DNA of 62,925 bases, counting the filler. It is 3 parts of 3 records of this genome, joined end to end, with 100 filler letters (N's around TTAATTAATTAA, not from the genome) between each part and the next. Parts side by side here need not be neighbours in the genome. Positions count along the whole stretch, not along the records: positions 1 to 22,203 come from DRR723986_31425; 2 more parts are not named here. The stretch is one strand, 5' to 3'. The translations under genes were made by a program, and so were the position numbers. The notes beneath the pieces are model-generated. The model was not told where the DNA came from and ran no database searches. It was given only the letters and a program-made list of their open reading frames with translations. Below, one piece after another: positions 11,428 to 21,186 of the stretch; positions within the stretch are counted from its first letter, which is position 1; every line of letters starts with the position of its first letter.

Positions 11428-12027
11428 ATGAATCTCGCTGAAAAATCTCAAGCTACACTGGACGTGTTCGGTGAGCTAGAGTCAGAAACAAAGCAATTTG
11501 TATCTGAGAGTGGATTAGGCTGTGTGTCAGGATGTGGTTTTTGCTGTGCAAATCCCAAAGTACCAGCTTCCCCGTTAGAATTTCTGCCATTGGCCTTTGA
11601 CCTCTATGCCAAAGGCTTGGCCGAATCAACTTTAGAATCACTCGATAGCCTCGAGGAAGGTGCTAGCTGTGTGATTTATAGACCTCAATCCGCAGACGGT
11701 AAACAAGGTTTTTGTGGCAATCACAGCAAAAGAGGAATGATCTGCCGCCTATTTGCAGCCTCGGCCCGAAAAACCAAGTATGGCAAAAAAGACCTCATTA
11801 TCTGCAAAGTTCTAAAGGAAGAGAAGACTGCGGAGTTTCAAAATACAAGCGAAAGAATTAACATGGACATGGAGATTCCGCTTGCTACTGCATTCTATAG
11901 CCGATTAGATGAGATAGATCAGTCTCTTTGTCAGCAATTCACAATTAATGAGGCAATCGCCTTTGCATTGGAATTAGTTTTGAGATATAAATTCTACGAG
12001 GAGCAGGAAGTTGATGTGGTTGCATAA
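11428..12027 (+). CDS. YkgJ family cysteine-cluster protein
   Basis: CxxGCGxCC plus later conserved Cys and RGMICR; TATTTTTG promoter element at 11398-11405. Confidence 0.8.
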   Translation: MNLAEKSQATLDVFGELESETKQFVSESGLGCVSGCGFCCANPKVPASPLEFLPLAFDLYAKGLAESTLESLDSLEEGASCVIYRPQSADGKQGFCGNHSKRGMICRLFAASARKTKYGKKDLIICKVLKEEKTAEFQNTSERINMDMEIPLATAFYSRLDEIDQSLCQQFTINEAIAFALELVLRYKFYEEQEVDVVA

Positions 12028-12097
12028 TTTTTTTGCTCCTTTCAATTCAAGTATATTGTGTTCTATTTGAAGAATAAAATCTCACAAATTTTTAATT

Positions 12098-12463
12098 ATG
12101 CTAAAAATCGGAGAAATAGTACAGACAGTCAAAGGGATAGTTGAGACCAAAATTGACATGGTCAAACTGGACATTCAAGATCAGTTTGCGAGTGTATTAT
12201 CAAGAATGATTTTCTTGATATTGATGGGAGGCAGTCTCCTGCTGGTTCTTTTATTCTTGAGTTTATCTTTGGCATTTTTCTTAAGCCAATATTTTGAATC
12301 TCCTCATATGGGGTTCTTGCTTGTAGGATTACTTTACTTACTAGTTCTTTTGATTTTATTTTTGGCTAGAGATCATGATCCCACACAAGAAAAAATACAA
12401 AAGGGAATGAAGAGCTTTGTTTTTAGGACTAGATTATTCAAAAAGCTTAAGGTAGATGAATAA
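12098..12463 (+). CDS. YqjE-like two-TM membrane protein ('phage holin family' annotation)
   Basis: Amphipathic N-terminal helix (ETKIDMVKLD) and two TM helices. Confidence 0.7.
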   Translation: MLKIGEIVQTVKGIVETKIDMVKLDIQDQFASVLSRMIFLILMGGSLLLVLLFLSLSLAFFLSQYFESPHMGFLLVGLLYLLVLLILFLARDHDPTQEKIQKGMKSFVFRTRLFKKLKVDE

Positions 12464-12839
12464 GGACTTGAAAAATAAGGAAAAGGAGCTTGAGCAAACG
12501 CTAGCACGACAATTAGAATTGTTTAAAGCTGAATCTGGAGATTGGATAAAAGTAGGGGGCATGGTGGTTGCCGGTGGTTTGATAGCCTTAGCAATTGTAC
12601 AAACTCGTAAAAAACGCAGAGACCGGAAAACAGATGAGGCTCTAGAAGTACTCGAACGAGAAGGTTTGCTTACGAAGGAAATTGAGAAAAAACTTACAGA
12701 AGGCTCTAAATCATCCTTTTGGCCTAGCATAGGACAAAGATTATTTATTTTAGGGCTCGCTTTTGCAAAAGAGAAATTTCTTCCAAATCTATTTGCTACT
12801 CATTCAGAAGATGTCACAACTGAAGAAGAAAGTCAGTAA
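12456..12839 (+). CDS. Hypothetical membrane protein
   Basis: Overlaps upstream stop; single TM segment followed by a basic patch. Confidence 0.7.
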   Translation: MNKDLKNKEKELEQTLARQLELFKAESGDWIKVGGMVVAGGLIALAIVQTRKKRRDRKTDEALEVLEREGLLTKEIEKKLTEGSKSSFWPSIGQRLFILGLAFAKEKFLPNLFATHSEDVTTEEESQ

Positions 12840-13590
12840 AATTCTTAAGGACTTTAATAGCTCAGGTACCAAAGGACTGGCTTGGTTGGTTGACCCAGAC
12901 AAAATTATCAACCCTACGCTTTTCGAAGAAAAATTTGACTGGGTTAAGGATTCTTATTTGGATTTGATTTTTGTGGGTGGAAGCACGCTTAGTCGGGATA
13001 ATTTTCGGGAGGTAGTCCTCTCTGTGAAACAAATCGCCGGAGAAATCCCTGTAGTAATTTTTCCTGGATCCCAAATGCAGCTTGCGGAGGAGGCAGATGC
13101 TATTTTATTTCTTTCACTTATTTCAGGTAGAAACCCCGAATACTTAATCGGACAACAAGTCTTAGCTGCGCCTATCATTAAAAAAATGAAGTTGGAGCCT
13201 CTTCCTACCGCCTACATGCTGGTAAATGAGGGTGAAATCACTAGTGTACAGTATGTGACTCAAACAATTCCTTTACCTAATTCTAAGCCTAATCTTGCTA
13301 AAGCAACAGCCCTTGCAGGCCACTATTTAGGAATGAAGTATTTCTATATGGATGCCGGGAGTGGGGCCAAATCACCCGTGTCACCCGCAGTGATAAAAGC
13401 AGTAAAATCGGTAACCAAAAAACCAATTATTGTCGGCGGAGGATTGGATTCATTAGAAAAAGTGAAAAATGCCTACGAAAGCGGGGCTGACCTGTTGGTG
13501 ATAGGTAATGCAATAGAAAAAGACCCTAGCTTTTTAGCTAAGGTCTTAGATTATAAGGTGCTTCTAAACTTGTCGTTAAACGTTAATTAG
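12811..13590 (+). CDS. Geranylgeranylglyceryl-phosphate synthase family protein (group II-like)
   Basis: LVDPDK, FVGGS, FPG, LISGRNPEYLIG, YMDAGSGA, VGGG, IGN motifs; ATG at 12811. Confidence 0.88.
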   Translation: MSQLKKKVSKILKDFNSSGTKGLAWLVDPDKIINPTLFEEKFDWVKDSYLDLIFVGGSTLSRDNFREVVLSVKQIAGEIPVVIFPGSQMQLAEEADAILFLSLISGRNPEYLIGQQVLAAPIIKKMKLEPLPTAYMLVNEGEITSVQYVTQTIPLPNSKPNLAKATALAGHYLGMKYFYMDAGSGAKSPVSPAVIKAVKSVTKKPIIVGGGLDSLEKVKNAYESGADLLVIGNAIEKDPSFLAKVLDYKVLLNLSLNVN

Positions 13591-14502
13591 CGACTCTCTT
13601 CTTCTCATTTTTCCGGCTGGAACTCCATACATCATTTTAAATCTACGGCAGAAATAAGCTGTGTCTTTGTAGCCAACTTCTTTGCCTATGTCTCTGATGG
13701 ATTTTTTAGTAGTTCTCAAGAGCTCCACTGCTGCTTCCATACGCTGGTATTCGATATAGTCCTGGGGATTAATTCCAGTAAGCATTTTGAAATACTGACC
13801 AACGTAGTCTTCAGAAACATTGGCAACTTTAGCGAGAATCTTATTGGATAAATCACCTCCCAAGTTAGTCTTGATAAAATTGAACAAATCAATCAATCGT
13901 GGGTCTTTGAAGTAAGTAGCATTGGTTGAAAGTTCTTCGAGAAACAACCTGTTTTTGAGAATGTGACGAAGTAGCTCGATGACTAGTAATTCCGTGTGGG
14001 ATTTCAGCGCTCGCTCTTTACCGACGTTACTGACTTCCACTTCTTTCATCAGATCCTCAATTATTGTCGCCAAACGATCGTTAAACCGAATAATAAATGG
14101 AGGAATATCCAGTGAATTAAAAAAGTTTACTACATCAAAGACTTTAGATTCAAAACCAAGAATAGAAATACAATCGTCTTCTGTACTTTTTATATCCCTG
14201 AAACTAATACTCTGCAAGTACTTTCTCTTATTCTCCTGAAATTGCTCTTTAGAGATTTCACCTTTTTTTGACCCTCCTCCCAATGTAAGTTTGGTTTTTT
14301 GATCCGCAGGCAAAAAGAGTACTTCTCCTTCGTTAAGTAATTCTTGGTCCTCTCCAAACTTAAGTGTACCATGGTGAAGTAGAATCAACGTATTATCAGA
14401 TTCAGCATAATCATTTACTGAAATAGGTTTTTCGACGCTGAAGTTACTCCCTCTAATGAACCTCACATTGACCGATTCGATCACCTTGTTGTAATATTCC
14501 AT
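13576..14502 (-). CDS. AraC-family transcriptional regulator
   Basis: C-terminal double HTH (IGKEVGYKDTAYFCRRFK). Confidence 0.9.
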   Translation of the reverse strand: MEYYNKVIESVNVRFIRGSNFSVEKPISVNDYAESDNTLILLHHGTLKFGEDQELLNEGEVLFLPADQKTKLTLGGGSKKGEISKEQFQENKRKYLQSISFRDIKSTEDDCISILGFESKVFDVVNFFNSLDIPPFIIRFNDRLATIIEDLMKEVEVSNVGKERALKSHTELLVIELLRHILKNRLFLEELSTNATYFKDPRLIDLFNFIKTNLGGDLSNKILAKVANVSEDYVGQYFKMLTGINPQDYIEYQRMEAAVELLRTTKKSIRDIGKEVGYKDTAYFCRRFKMMYGVPAGKMRRRESLINV

Positions 14503-14590
14503 GAATAATTATTAAAAAAACAGAATAACAAAAATATAATTTTATTAATGAATATTCATAGGTTTTGTATAGATGGTGTTAAAAAAACAA

Positions 14591-14624
14591 AAAAGGGTAT
14601 AGTTTTATTTAACTATACCCTTTT
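14591..14624. terminator. Intrinsic terminator
   Basis: AAAAGGGTATAGTT...AACTATACCCTTTT inverted repeat downstream of the acyl-CoA dehydrogenase. Confidence 0.8.
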
Positions 14625-14640
14625 CTGAATAAAATAGTTT

Positions 14641-15780
14641 TTACCGGAGAATACCTCGGGATATGACTATTTTCTGAATTTCCGAAGTGCCTTCATAAAT
14701 CTGGGTGATTTTAGCGTCCCTCATCAGTCGTTCTACATGGTACTCTCTCACATATCCATAACCTCCATGTATCTGAACAGCTTCAATACTCACGTCCATC
14801 GCTACCTGAGATGCGTAGAGTTTGGCCATGGCAGAGGCGTGAGAATAATCTTGTCCTTGATCTTTGAGCCAGGCTGCTTTGTACACCAAAAGTCTAGCTG
14901 CTTCTATTGTAGTAGCCATATCAGCTAGTTTAAATTGTATAGCCTGGTGCTGACTGATTGGCTTACCAAATGTCTTTCGCTCTTTGGAATACGCCAAAGC
15001 AAACTCATAAGCTCCTGCTGCAATTCCAAGTGCCTGTGCAGCAATTCCAATCCTGCCTCCATTTAAGGTTTCCATAGCGTATTTGAAACCAAATCCTTCG
15101 TCACCGATTCGATTCTCGACTGGCACTTTCACATCAGTAAACATCAATGAGGTGGTGTCGGAAGCCCTGATCCCAAGTTTATCTTCTTTATGACCTGAAG
15201 TAAAACCTTCCCAGCCTTTTTCAACAATAAAAACGGAAATTCCTTTGTGCCCTTTGCTATGATCCGTTTGGGCAAAAACTAAGTAGGTATCAGCTTTTGA
15301 TCCATTCGTAATCCAGTTTTTAGTTCCATTCAAGATGTAGTGGTCCCCATCTAAATAAGCTTCTGTTTTCTGCGAAGTAGCATCCGATCCTGCTTCTGGC
15401 TCCGAAAGCGCAAAAGCTCCCAGCTTCTGACCTGATGCTAGAGGCTTAAGATATTTCTCCTTTTGGGCTTCGGAAGCATATTTTTCCATTCCCCAGCATA
15501 CTAAGGAATTATTTACAGACATGACTACTGATGCTGAGGCATCTATCTTAGATAGTTCTTCCATCGCAATGACGTATGAAACAGTATCCATTCCACCTCC
15601 ACTATATTTTGGATCGACCATCATTCCCATGAAGCCGAGTTCTCCCATTTTTTTGATTTCTTCTACTGGAAATCTGCATTCAATATCTCGTTCTATTACT
15701 CCTGGAAGTAATTCATTTTTAGCAAAATCTCTCGCAGCTTCTTGGACTGCGCGATGCTCTTCTGTTAATTCAAAATGCAT
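14641..15780 (-). CDS. Acyl-CoA dehydrogenase (short/branched-chain type)
   Basis: FALSEPEAGSDA, NGTKNWITN, GRIGIAAQ, IYEGTSEIQ; start MHFELT at 15780 because the upstream extension crosses a terminator. Confidence 0.95.
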   Translation of the reverse strand: MHFELTEEHRAVQEAARDFAKNELLPGVIERDIECRFPVEEIKKMGELGFMGMMVDPKYSGGGMDTVSYVIAMEELSKIDASASVVMSVNNSLVCWGMEKYASEAQKEKYLKPLASGQKLGAFALSEPEAGSDATSQKTEAYLDGDHYILNGTKNWITNGSKADTYLVFAQTDHSKGHKGISVFIVEKGWEGFTSGHKEDKLGIRASDTTSLMFTDVKVPVENRIGDEGFGFKYAMETLNGGRIGIAAQALGIAAGAYEFALAYSKERKTFGKPISQHQAIQFKLADMATTIEAARLLVYKAAWLKDQGQDYSHASAMAKLYASQVAMDVSIEAVQIHGGYGYVREYHVERLMRDAKITQIYEGTSEIQKIVISRGILR

Positions 15781-15822
15781 AATTATCTCTTTGGGTTTAG
15801 CTATCTGCATTGAATATATGGC

Positions 15823-15856
15823 AAAAAAAAAAGAGGGACAATCTTTGCCCCTCTTC
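15823..15856 (-). terminator. Intrinsic terminator
   Basis: A-run followed by GAGGGACAA/TTGCCCCTC hairpin downstream of the zinc peptidase gene. Confidence 0.65.
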
Positions 15857-15877
15857 CAAAATTTTATTTGATCTGTA

Positions 15878-16567
15878 TCAATCCCGATTACCAAAGAAGA
15901 CGAAAATGTAATAAGCTAAAGTGGCCATAGAAGCTAATGCTGCCACCACGTAGGTCATTGCAGCCCATTTAAGCGCATCTTTGGACATGGTATATTCATC
16001 AGGGGTAACAATATTTCTAGTTTTGATCCAAGCCAAAGCCCGATTACTCGCATCAAACTCTACTGGCAAGGTTACAATAGTGAAAAGTGTCATTATGCTA
16101 TATGCACCTACAACAATAAAACCAACCCATTCGTAAGGTAGGCCTAAAGCAAATCCGCCAAATAAAGAAGCAATCAAGACAATATTCAGGATCTTTCCAG
16201 CACTGTTTTGAAGCGGGACAAGCGTCGACCTCAGGTTAAGCCAAGTATAGGATGTGGCATGTTGTACAGCGTGTCCACACTCATGGGATGCAACTGCAGC
16301 GGCAGCAGCATTTCTTCCATAATACGCATCAGGGCTTAGATTTACAGTTTTGTTTGCAGGATTATAATGGTCTGTCAACTGACCCTCTACAGCATGAACC
16401 TGGACATCTGAGATGTTGTGGTCAGCAAGCATCAGCTTAGCGATTTCTGCTCCGGACAAGTTGGCCTTAAGGGCAACTTGTGAGTATTTAGCAAATTTAC
16501 TTTTGAGTTTTCTACTTACCACAAATCCGGCAATGGCGAAAACGACTACAATTAAGATAAGTATCAT
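15878..16567 (-). CDS. Putative neutral zinc metallopeptidase (YugP-like)
   Basis: LTDHYNP, HECGHAVQH (HExxH), VEFDAS, AAMTYV. Confidence 0.9.
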   Translation of the reverse strand: MILILIVVVFAIAGFVVSRKLKSKFAKYSQVALKANLSGAEIAKLMLADHNISDVQVHAVEGQLTDHYNPANKTVNLSPDAYYGRNAAAAAVASHECGHAVQHATSYTWLNLRSTLVPLQNSAGKILNIVLIASLFGGFALGLPYEWVGFIVVGAYSIMTLFTIVTLPVEFDASNRALAWIKTRNIVTPDEYTMSKDALKWAAMTYVVAALASMATLAYYIFVFFGNRD

Positions 16568-16598
16568 AAGATATAATGTTAGCAGAGTTGATTACGTG

Positions 16599-17603
16599 TT
16601 ATACTTCTTCAGGTTTAATCCAAGAGGGTAATTTTATCATAATTAACCAACTTATAAGTCCTGCACCTAATAAAAGAAGAACCTGTGTACCGTGGATAAT
16701 AGCTGCAAATATTTTTCCATCTATTTCCGATATACCTAACTGTATCAAAATGAAGGCCACTAGCGCATGAAAGGTACCTATACCACCTTGGACAGGCGCT
16801 ACCATGCCAATACTGCCCATTACCATGACTAACAGGACTTCTCCAGGAGACAAATTGGCAGTACTTGGTATTCCAAAAGCAATCGTGTACATAGTTAAAA
16901 AATAAATCATCCAGAGTAGAATTGAGCTGATCCAAAATCCGGCAGGGTTGGCCAGAGTCCCTATTCGTTTGAGACCAGAAAGGATTTCTCTGAAAAAATG
17001 TTGCAGTTTATTGATTAGTCCATGATCACGAAATCTCTTGAGAATATAGATAACCAAAAGCAAAAGAATTGCTAACCCTCCTATGACTATGGGAAGATTT
17101 GAAACTAACTGTTCAGCCAAAGTATCAATCGAAATAAGCTGACTGGCAAGGTTTAAAAACAACTCTTGTTCGACAAGAAATGCTAACAAAATTACCGAAA
17201 CAAGGCAAAGCAAATCAACACTGCGCTCCACGATGACAGTACCTATCAAATACCCTACAGAAATTCCATTCGTCCGGGTGAGTACACCACATCTGGCTAC
17301 TTCTCCAGCCCGGGGAATAAGCATATTGACTAGATTACCAATCATTACTGCATGATAAGCACGGGAAACTGAGACCTTCTTACCTTCTTCCGCATCAATC
17401 AGTAGGGTCCACCGCCAACTTCTCACTAGGTATCCGAGCATTGAAATAGACAGCGATAACACTATCCAAGCCCAATTACTTGTTTTGATCTGGTCAATAA
17501 GAGAATCAAAGGCTATATCCTTATACAAAAACCAAAAAATCCAGATCGCAATTCCTAATGAAATTACTACCTGGATAAATTGCTTGATGTATTTTGGACC
17601 CAT
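16599..17603 (-). CDS. Lysylphosphatidylglycerol synthase-like TM (flippase) protein
   Basis: RSWRW, PRAGEVAR, ERSVD, GGIGTFH; multiple TM helices. Confidence 0.85.
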   Translation of the reverse strand: MGPKYIKQFIQVVISLGIAIWIFWFLYKDIAFDSLIDQIKTSNWAWIVLSLSISMLGYLVRSWRWTLLIDAEEGKKVSVSRAYHAVMIGNLVNMLIPRAGEVARCGVLTRTNGISVGYLIGTVIVERSVDLLCLVSVILLAFLVEQELFLNLASQLISIDTLAEQLVSNLPIVIGGLAILLLLVIYILKRFRDHGLINKLQHFFREILSGLKRIGTLANPAGFWISSILLWMIYFLTMYTIAFGIPSTANLSPGEVLLVMVMGSIGMVAPVQGGIGTFHALVAFILIQLGISEIDGKIFAAIIHGTQVLLLLGAGLISWLIMIKLPSWIKPEEV

Positions 17604-17950
17604 CAGATGAGTTTATTTTGCTCGTCTGGGAAAATCAATACGGGCTTGTATTTTTTAGCTTCCTCTACTTCCATTCCTGCATAAGAAATGATGATTACAA
17701 CATCTCCCACCTGAGCTTTTCGCGCAGCAGGACCATTGAGGCATACTTGCCCAGACCCTCTTTCGCCAGTGATGACGTACGTTTCCAATCGTTCGCCATT
17801 ATTTACATTGACGATTTGAACTTTCTCATTTTCAATTAGATTCGCTGCATCCATCAGATCTTCATCGATGGTAATTGAGCCTACGTAGTGCAATTCTGCC
17901 TGGGTAATTTTCACCCGGTGAATTTTGGATTTCAGTACCTGAATTTGCAT
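17603..17950 (-). CDS. panD: Aspartate 1-decarboxylase
   Basis: [14 protein letters not shown] cleavage site, [15 protein letters not shown]. Confidence 0.97.
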   Translation of the reverse strand: MQIQVLKSKIHRVKITQAELHYVGSITIDEDLMDAANLIENEKVQIVNVNNGERLETYVITGERGSGQVCLNGPAARKAQVGDVVIIISYAGMEVEEAKKYKPVLIFPDEQNKLI

Positions 17951-17966
17951 TGGTTTAATTTTGCCG

Positions 17967-17974
17967 CAAAATTA
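17967..17974 (-). promoter_or_regulatory. Possible internal -7 promoter element (TAATTTTG) for panD
   Basis: TAnnTTTG match overlapping the panC stop codon. Confidence 0.4.
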
Positions 17975-18820
17975 AGGAATTATTGGAAGGTTGTCGATTA
18001 ATCTGATTTTTCCTAGATAGGCCGCAATACAAATTGAAGACTTTTGTTTTGCATCAAACGCTGAATATCTTGTAAAACTCTCAGGATGAATCAGTTCGAA
18101 ATATTCCAAACTAGCCAAAGGCATTTCCTCAAAATCGTGATTGATTTGATTCTGGACCTCAAACCATGGCTTACTAGCTAAAAGTTCCTGCTTTGCCTTT
18201 TCCAAACTGTTAATTAAAATCAATGCTTGCTTTCTTTCTTCGGAGGAAAGACGCAGATTTCTAGATGACATGGCCAGTCCATCATTCTCTCTTTTGGTAG
18301 GCACTATTACCAACTGGACATCCATTGACAAGTCTTTGACTAATCGCTTAATGATGCCTGTTTGCTGTAGATCTTTCTGACCAAAGAAGGCTTTATGAGG
18401 CCGGATTAAATTAAATAATTTGGAAACAATAATCCCGACTCCGTTAAAGTGGCCTGGCCGAAAAGCGCCTTCCAAGACATTCTCCAGGTCCCCAAAATTA
18501 ATGCTCAGTTCAGGTTTTTCAGGATAAATTGTTTCTGTTTTTGGCAGGAAAACAAAGTCCACATTTTCTTTCCTAAGTTTATCCAAATCTTCGTTTATCG
18601 TAGTTGGATAATTGTCATAATCTTCCTGATTATTGAATTGTGTAGGGTTTACAAAGATGGAAACGACTACAATATCCGTTTCTGTCTTGGCTTTTCTTAC
18701 TAAGTCAAGATGGCCTTCATGAAGTGCGCCCATCGTTGGGACCAAACCTATCGTTTTATCGCTTTTAAGGGAATTAAGCCAGTATTTTTGCCAATCGGCG
18801 CCAGTATAGACTATATGCAC
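17972..18820 (-). CDS. panC: Pantoate--beta-alanine ligase
   Basis: VPTMGALHEGH, SIFVNPTQF, RPGHFNGV, FGQKD, GLAMSSRN, RLIDN. Confidence 0.97.
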   Translation of the reverse strand: MHIVYTGADWQKYWLNSLKSDKTIGLVPTMGALHEGHLDLVRKAKTETDIVVVSIFVNPTQFNNQEDYDNYPTTINEDLDKLRKENVDFVFLPKTETIYPEKPELSINFGDLENVLEGAFRPGHFNGVGIIVSKLFNLIRPHKAFFGQKDLQQTGIIKRLVKDLSMDVQLVIVPTKRENDGLAMSSRNLRLSSEERKQALILINSLEKAKQELLASKPWFEVQNQINHDFEEMPLASLEYFELIHPESFTRYSAFDAKQKSSICIAAYLGKIRLIDNLPIIP

Positions 18821-18851
18821 TGGAAGAGGGTTTAGTATGGGTAAATAGGGG

Positions 18852-18909
18852 CAAATGTATATTATTATTCAACAAAACAAGGCTATTAAGGCTTTTTTTA
18901 TTATCTTTG
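18852..18909. promoter_or_regulatory. Divergent promoter pair (panC / glgA-like operon)
   Basis: TACATTTG on minus strand (18852-18859) and TATCTTTG on plus strand (18902-18909), both matching TAnnTTTG. Confidence 0.6.
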
Positions 18910-18950
18910 CGCAGTTGTTTTTTCACCTTCAACATTAAAATCCAATAAAC

Positions 18951-19769
18951 ATGTCCAAATTACGTATCCTCTACGTTGCCAGTGAAATCAACCCTTTTCT
19001 CCAAACATCAGAAGTCGCCAATTTCTTAAGATCCCTTCCTCAAGCTATGCAAGAGCGTGGAATGGAGATTAGAATTTTGGTTCCAAGATTCGGCCTGATC
19101 AACGAGCGAAAGAATAGACTTCACGAGGTAGTGAGATTGTCAGGAATTAATATTGCGGTAGGAGAAGAGGAAAAACCTTTGGTGATTAAAGTAGCTTCCA
19201 TTCCAAATGCAAAACTTCAAGTTTACTTCATAGACAACGAAGATTATTTCCAGCGCAAGCATGTATTCCATGACAAGCAGCAAAAGTTCTATGAGGACAA
19301 TGATGAGCGAGCTATTTTCTTCTGCAAAGGCGTAATTGAAACAGTGAAAAAACTTGGTTGGGCCCCGGATATCGTGCATTGTAACGACTGGATGACCAGC
19401 TTGATCCCGATGTATTTGAAGACCACTTACAAGAGCGAGCCTTTATTTAAAGACACGAAGTCTGTATTTGCGATCTACAACAACGGATTTTCTCATACCT
19501 TTGGCGATGATTTGTTAAACAAGGTTAAGATGGTGGATATAGATGACGCTATTTTAGCACCTTTGAAGAGCAAAGACTTTACAGGATTTATCAAGATGGG
19601 CATGGAGTATGCTGACTTGGTAGTCAAAGGCGGTGAAGTTTCCGCAGAATTAAACCAACTAATCGAGGATTTCTCAAAAGACAAGAAGTTTGACATCAGC
19701 ATTGAAGCAGAATCAGAAGCACAAGCTCACGAAGAGCTGTTCGATATTTACACGAATCTCGCCGGTTAA
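18951..19769 (+). CDS. Glycogen/starch synthase catalytic-domain-only protein (GT5 N-domain)
   Basis: ILYVASEI.PF, PRFG, DNDERAIFF, PDIVHCNDW; only 272 aa. Confidence 0.85.
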   Translation: MSKLRILYVASEINPFLQTSEVANFLRSLPQAMQERGMEIRILVPRFGLINERKNRLHEVVRLSGINIAVGEEEKPLVIKVASIPNAKLQVYFIDNEDYFQRKHVFHDKQQKFYEDNDERAIFFCKGVIETVKKLGWAPDIVHCNDWMTSLIPMYLKTTYKSEPLFKDTKSVFAIYNNGFSHTFGDDLLNKVKMVDIDDAILAPLKSKDFTGFIKMGMEYADLVVKGGEVSAELNQLIEDFSKDKKFDISIEAESEAQAHEELFDIYTNLAG

Positions 19770-21066
19770 TCTGGCTTTTGGCGCAATCGCGTCCCTTATC
19801 CTTATTAGTTCATGTAGTGACCCTGCCACTGTAGGCATTGAGCTTGCTCCCGGAAACAACCAAATCGGTGTTGTTTTCGAGGAGTTTGAGCTTCCTGCTA
19901 CGGTAGTATTACTGGATTCTTTTAATACTACAAATCAGTCTGTACTGGTAGTAGGAGAAGAGGAAGATGATTTCTTTGGTAAAACCTCTGGAACCGGCTA
20001 TTCTAGATTGTACATTAATTCATCTGCTGATAGACCAGAAATGGACGCTATTCTGGATTCTATTCATTTTGATCTCAATATTTTGAGTGTAGATGGAGCT
20101 AACTTAGATGAACCGAAATATTTCTCCATCCATAAGCTAACTGAGCCAATATTGGATACGCTGTATTACAATTTTGATGAGCTTTCCTATGAGGCTAGCC
20201 CGTTTTCATCTGGAGAAATTGTATTTGGAGAGGCGACAGATTCCCTTGCGTCTTTTCAAGTGGAAGAACCTTTTGCAGAAGAAATTTTCAGCAAAATGAA
20301 AACTGGTGTTGAATTCAATGATCTCTTTAGCTTCCGTGACTATTTCCCAGGAATAGCTGTAAAAGCTAGAAAAGGAGACAATTCTTCGATAGGAGTGGGT
20401 GTGGGTAGTTCTACTGGACTGAAGATTTACTACCACTATGATGGAGATACTACTTCTACCCTTTATAATATTACCACAGCCTCTTCCAGAAGCTTCAACG
20501 GAGTGAAAAGTGATCGAAGCGGCACACCAACTTCCTCAGTTACTGAAACAAAAACCGCTTACAATATTGGCCCTTTAGTGGGAATAAAATCAAATCTTGG
20601 GATGGTTATCAAATTGGATACCAGTCCGTTTGATGAGTTTTTGGATACACTTTCAGGAGTAACTTTCAATCAGGTACTTCTTGAACTTGGAGAAATTGAG
20701 CCAAGAACTGAAACTGAACTGGTGCCTGCAAATATTTCAATCTATTTCACTGATTCAAGTAATGAAATATTAACAACGAGCGAAGGAACACCATTCACCG
20801 TACAGGCAGATGGATATCCTCAGGTTATTGTTAGTGAAGATGGAGATGAGACTCCAAATACCAGTTACCCAGCTGCATTAATTTATGATTCCGAAGCCAG
20901 AGATTACAGTGAATTAATCACTTCCCACGTGAATGCTCTATTTAGAGGAGACCTAACAAGAAAAGATTGGTTGCTTTATAATTCTGATTCAAAAAAATCA
21001 CTAAGCCAGCTAGTTGTAAACAACAATAAAATAAAGGTTAAAGTGATTTACTCTAGATCCAGGTAG
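19690..21066 (+). CDS. DUF4270-like lipoprotein (start uncertain)
   Basis: Lipobox ISSC, YFPGI motif, position between glgA-like and glmS as is typical in Bacteroidota. Confidence 0.75.
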   Translation: MTSALKQNQKHKLTKSCSIFTRISPVNLAFGAIASLILISSCSDPATVGIELAPGNNQIGVVFEEFELPATVVLLDSFNTTNQSVLVVGEEEDDFFGKTSGTGYSRLYINSSADRPEMDAILDSIHFDLNILSVDGANLDEPKYFSIHKLTEPILDTLYYNFDELSYEASPFSSGEIVFGEATDSLASFQVEEPFAEEIFSKMKTGVEFNDLFSFRDYFPGIAVKARKGDNSSIGVGVGSSTGLKIYYHYDGDTTSTLYNITTASSRSFNGVKSDRSGTPTSSVTETKTAYNIGPLVGIKSNLGMVIKLDTSPFDEFLDTLSGVTFNQVLLELGEIEPRTETELVPANISIYFTDSSNEILTTSEGTPFTVQADGYPQVIVSEDGDETPNTSYPAALIYDSEARDYSELITSHVNALFRGDLTRKDWLLYNSDSKKSLSQLVVNNNKIKVKVIYSRSR

Positions 21067-21092
21067 CAGAGGTATTTTAATAAAGAACACTC

Positions 21093-21129
21093 AATCCACT
21101 TTCTAATTTATAGGAAGTGGATTTTTTTT
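21093..21129 (+). terminator. Intrinsic terminator
   Basis: AATCCACTTTC...GGAAGTGGATT followed by T-run. Confidence 0.7.
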
Positions 21130-21186
21130 ATGGCACGAAAGCTGTTTCTTTGTCGAAGTTCAAACAAACAGAAAGAATTTTTATTT

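Noticed and set aside
12098-12463. 'Phage holin family' protein as a prophage signal
   Set aside because: No phage structural, integrase or lysin genes are nearby; it is a YqjE-like host membrane protein.
14641-15894. N-terminal extensions in the ORF track (acyl-CoA dehydrogenase to 15894, glmS from 21130, M13 peptidase from 39076, GH from 41392)
   Set aside because: They cross terminators or promoters, or bury the signal peptide or catalytic N-terminal Cys; downstream ATGs were chosen.
21067-21186. glmS ribozyme upstream of glmS
   Set aside because: Only a terminator hairpin and a short AT-rich leader are present; no recognisable ribozyme core.
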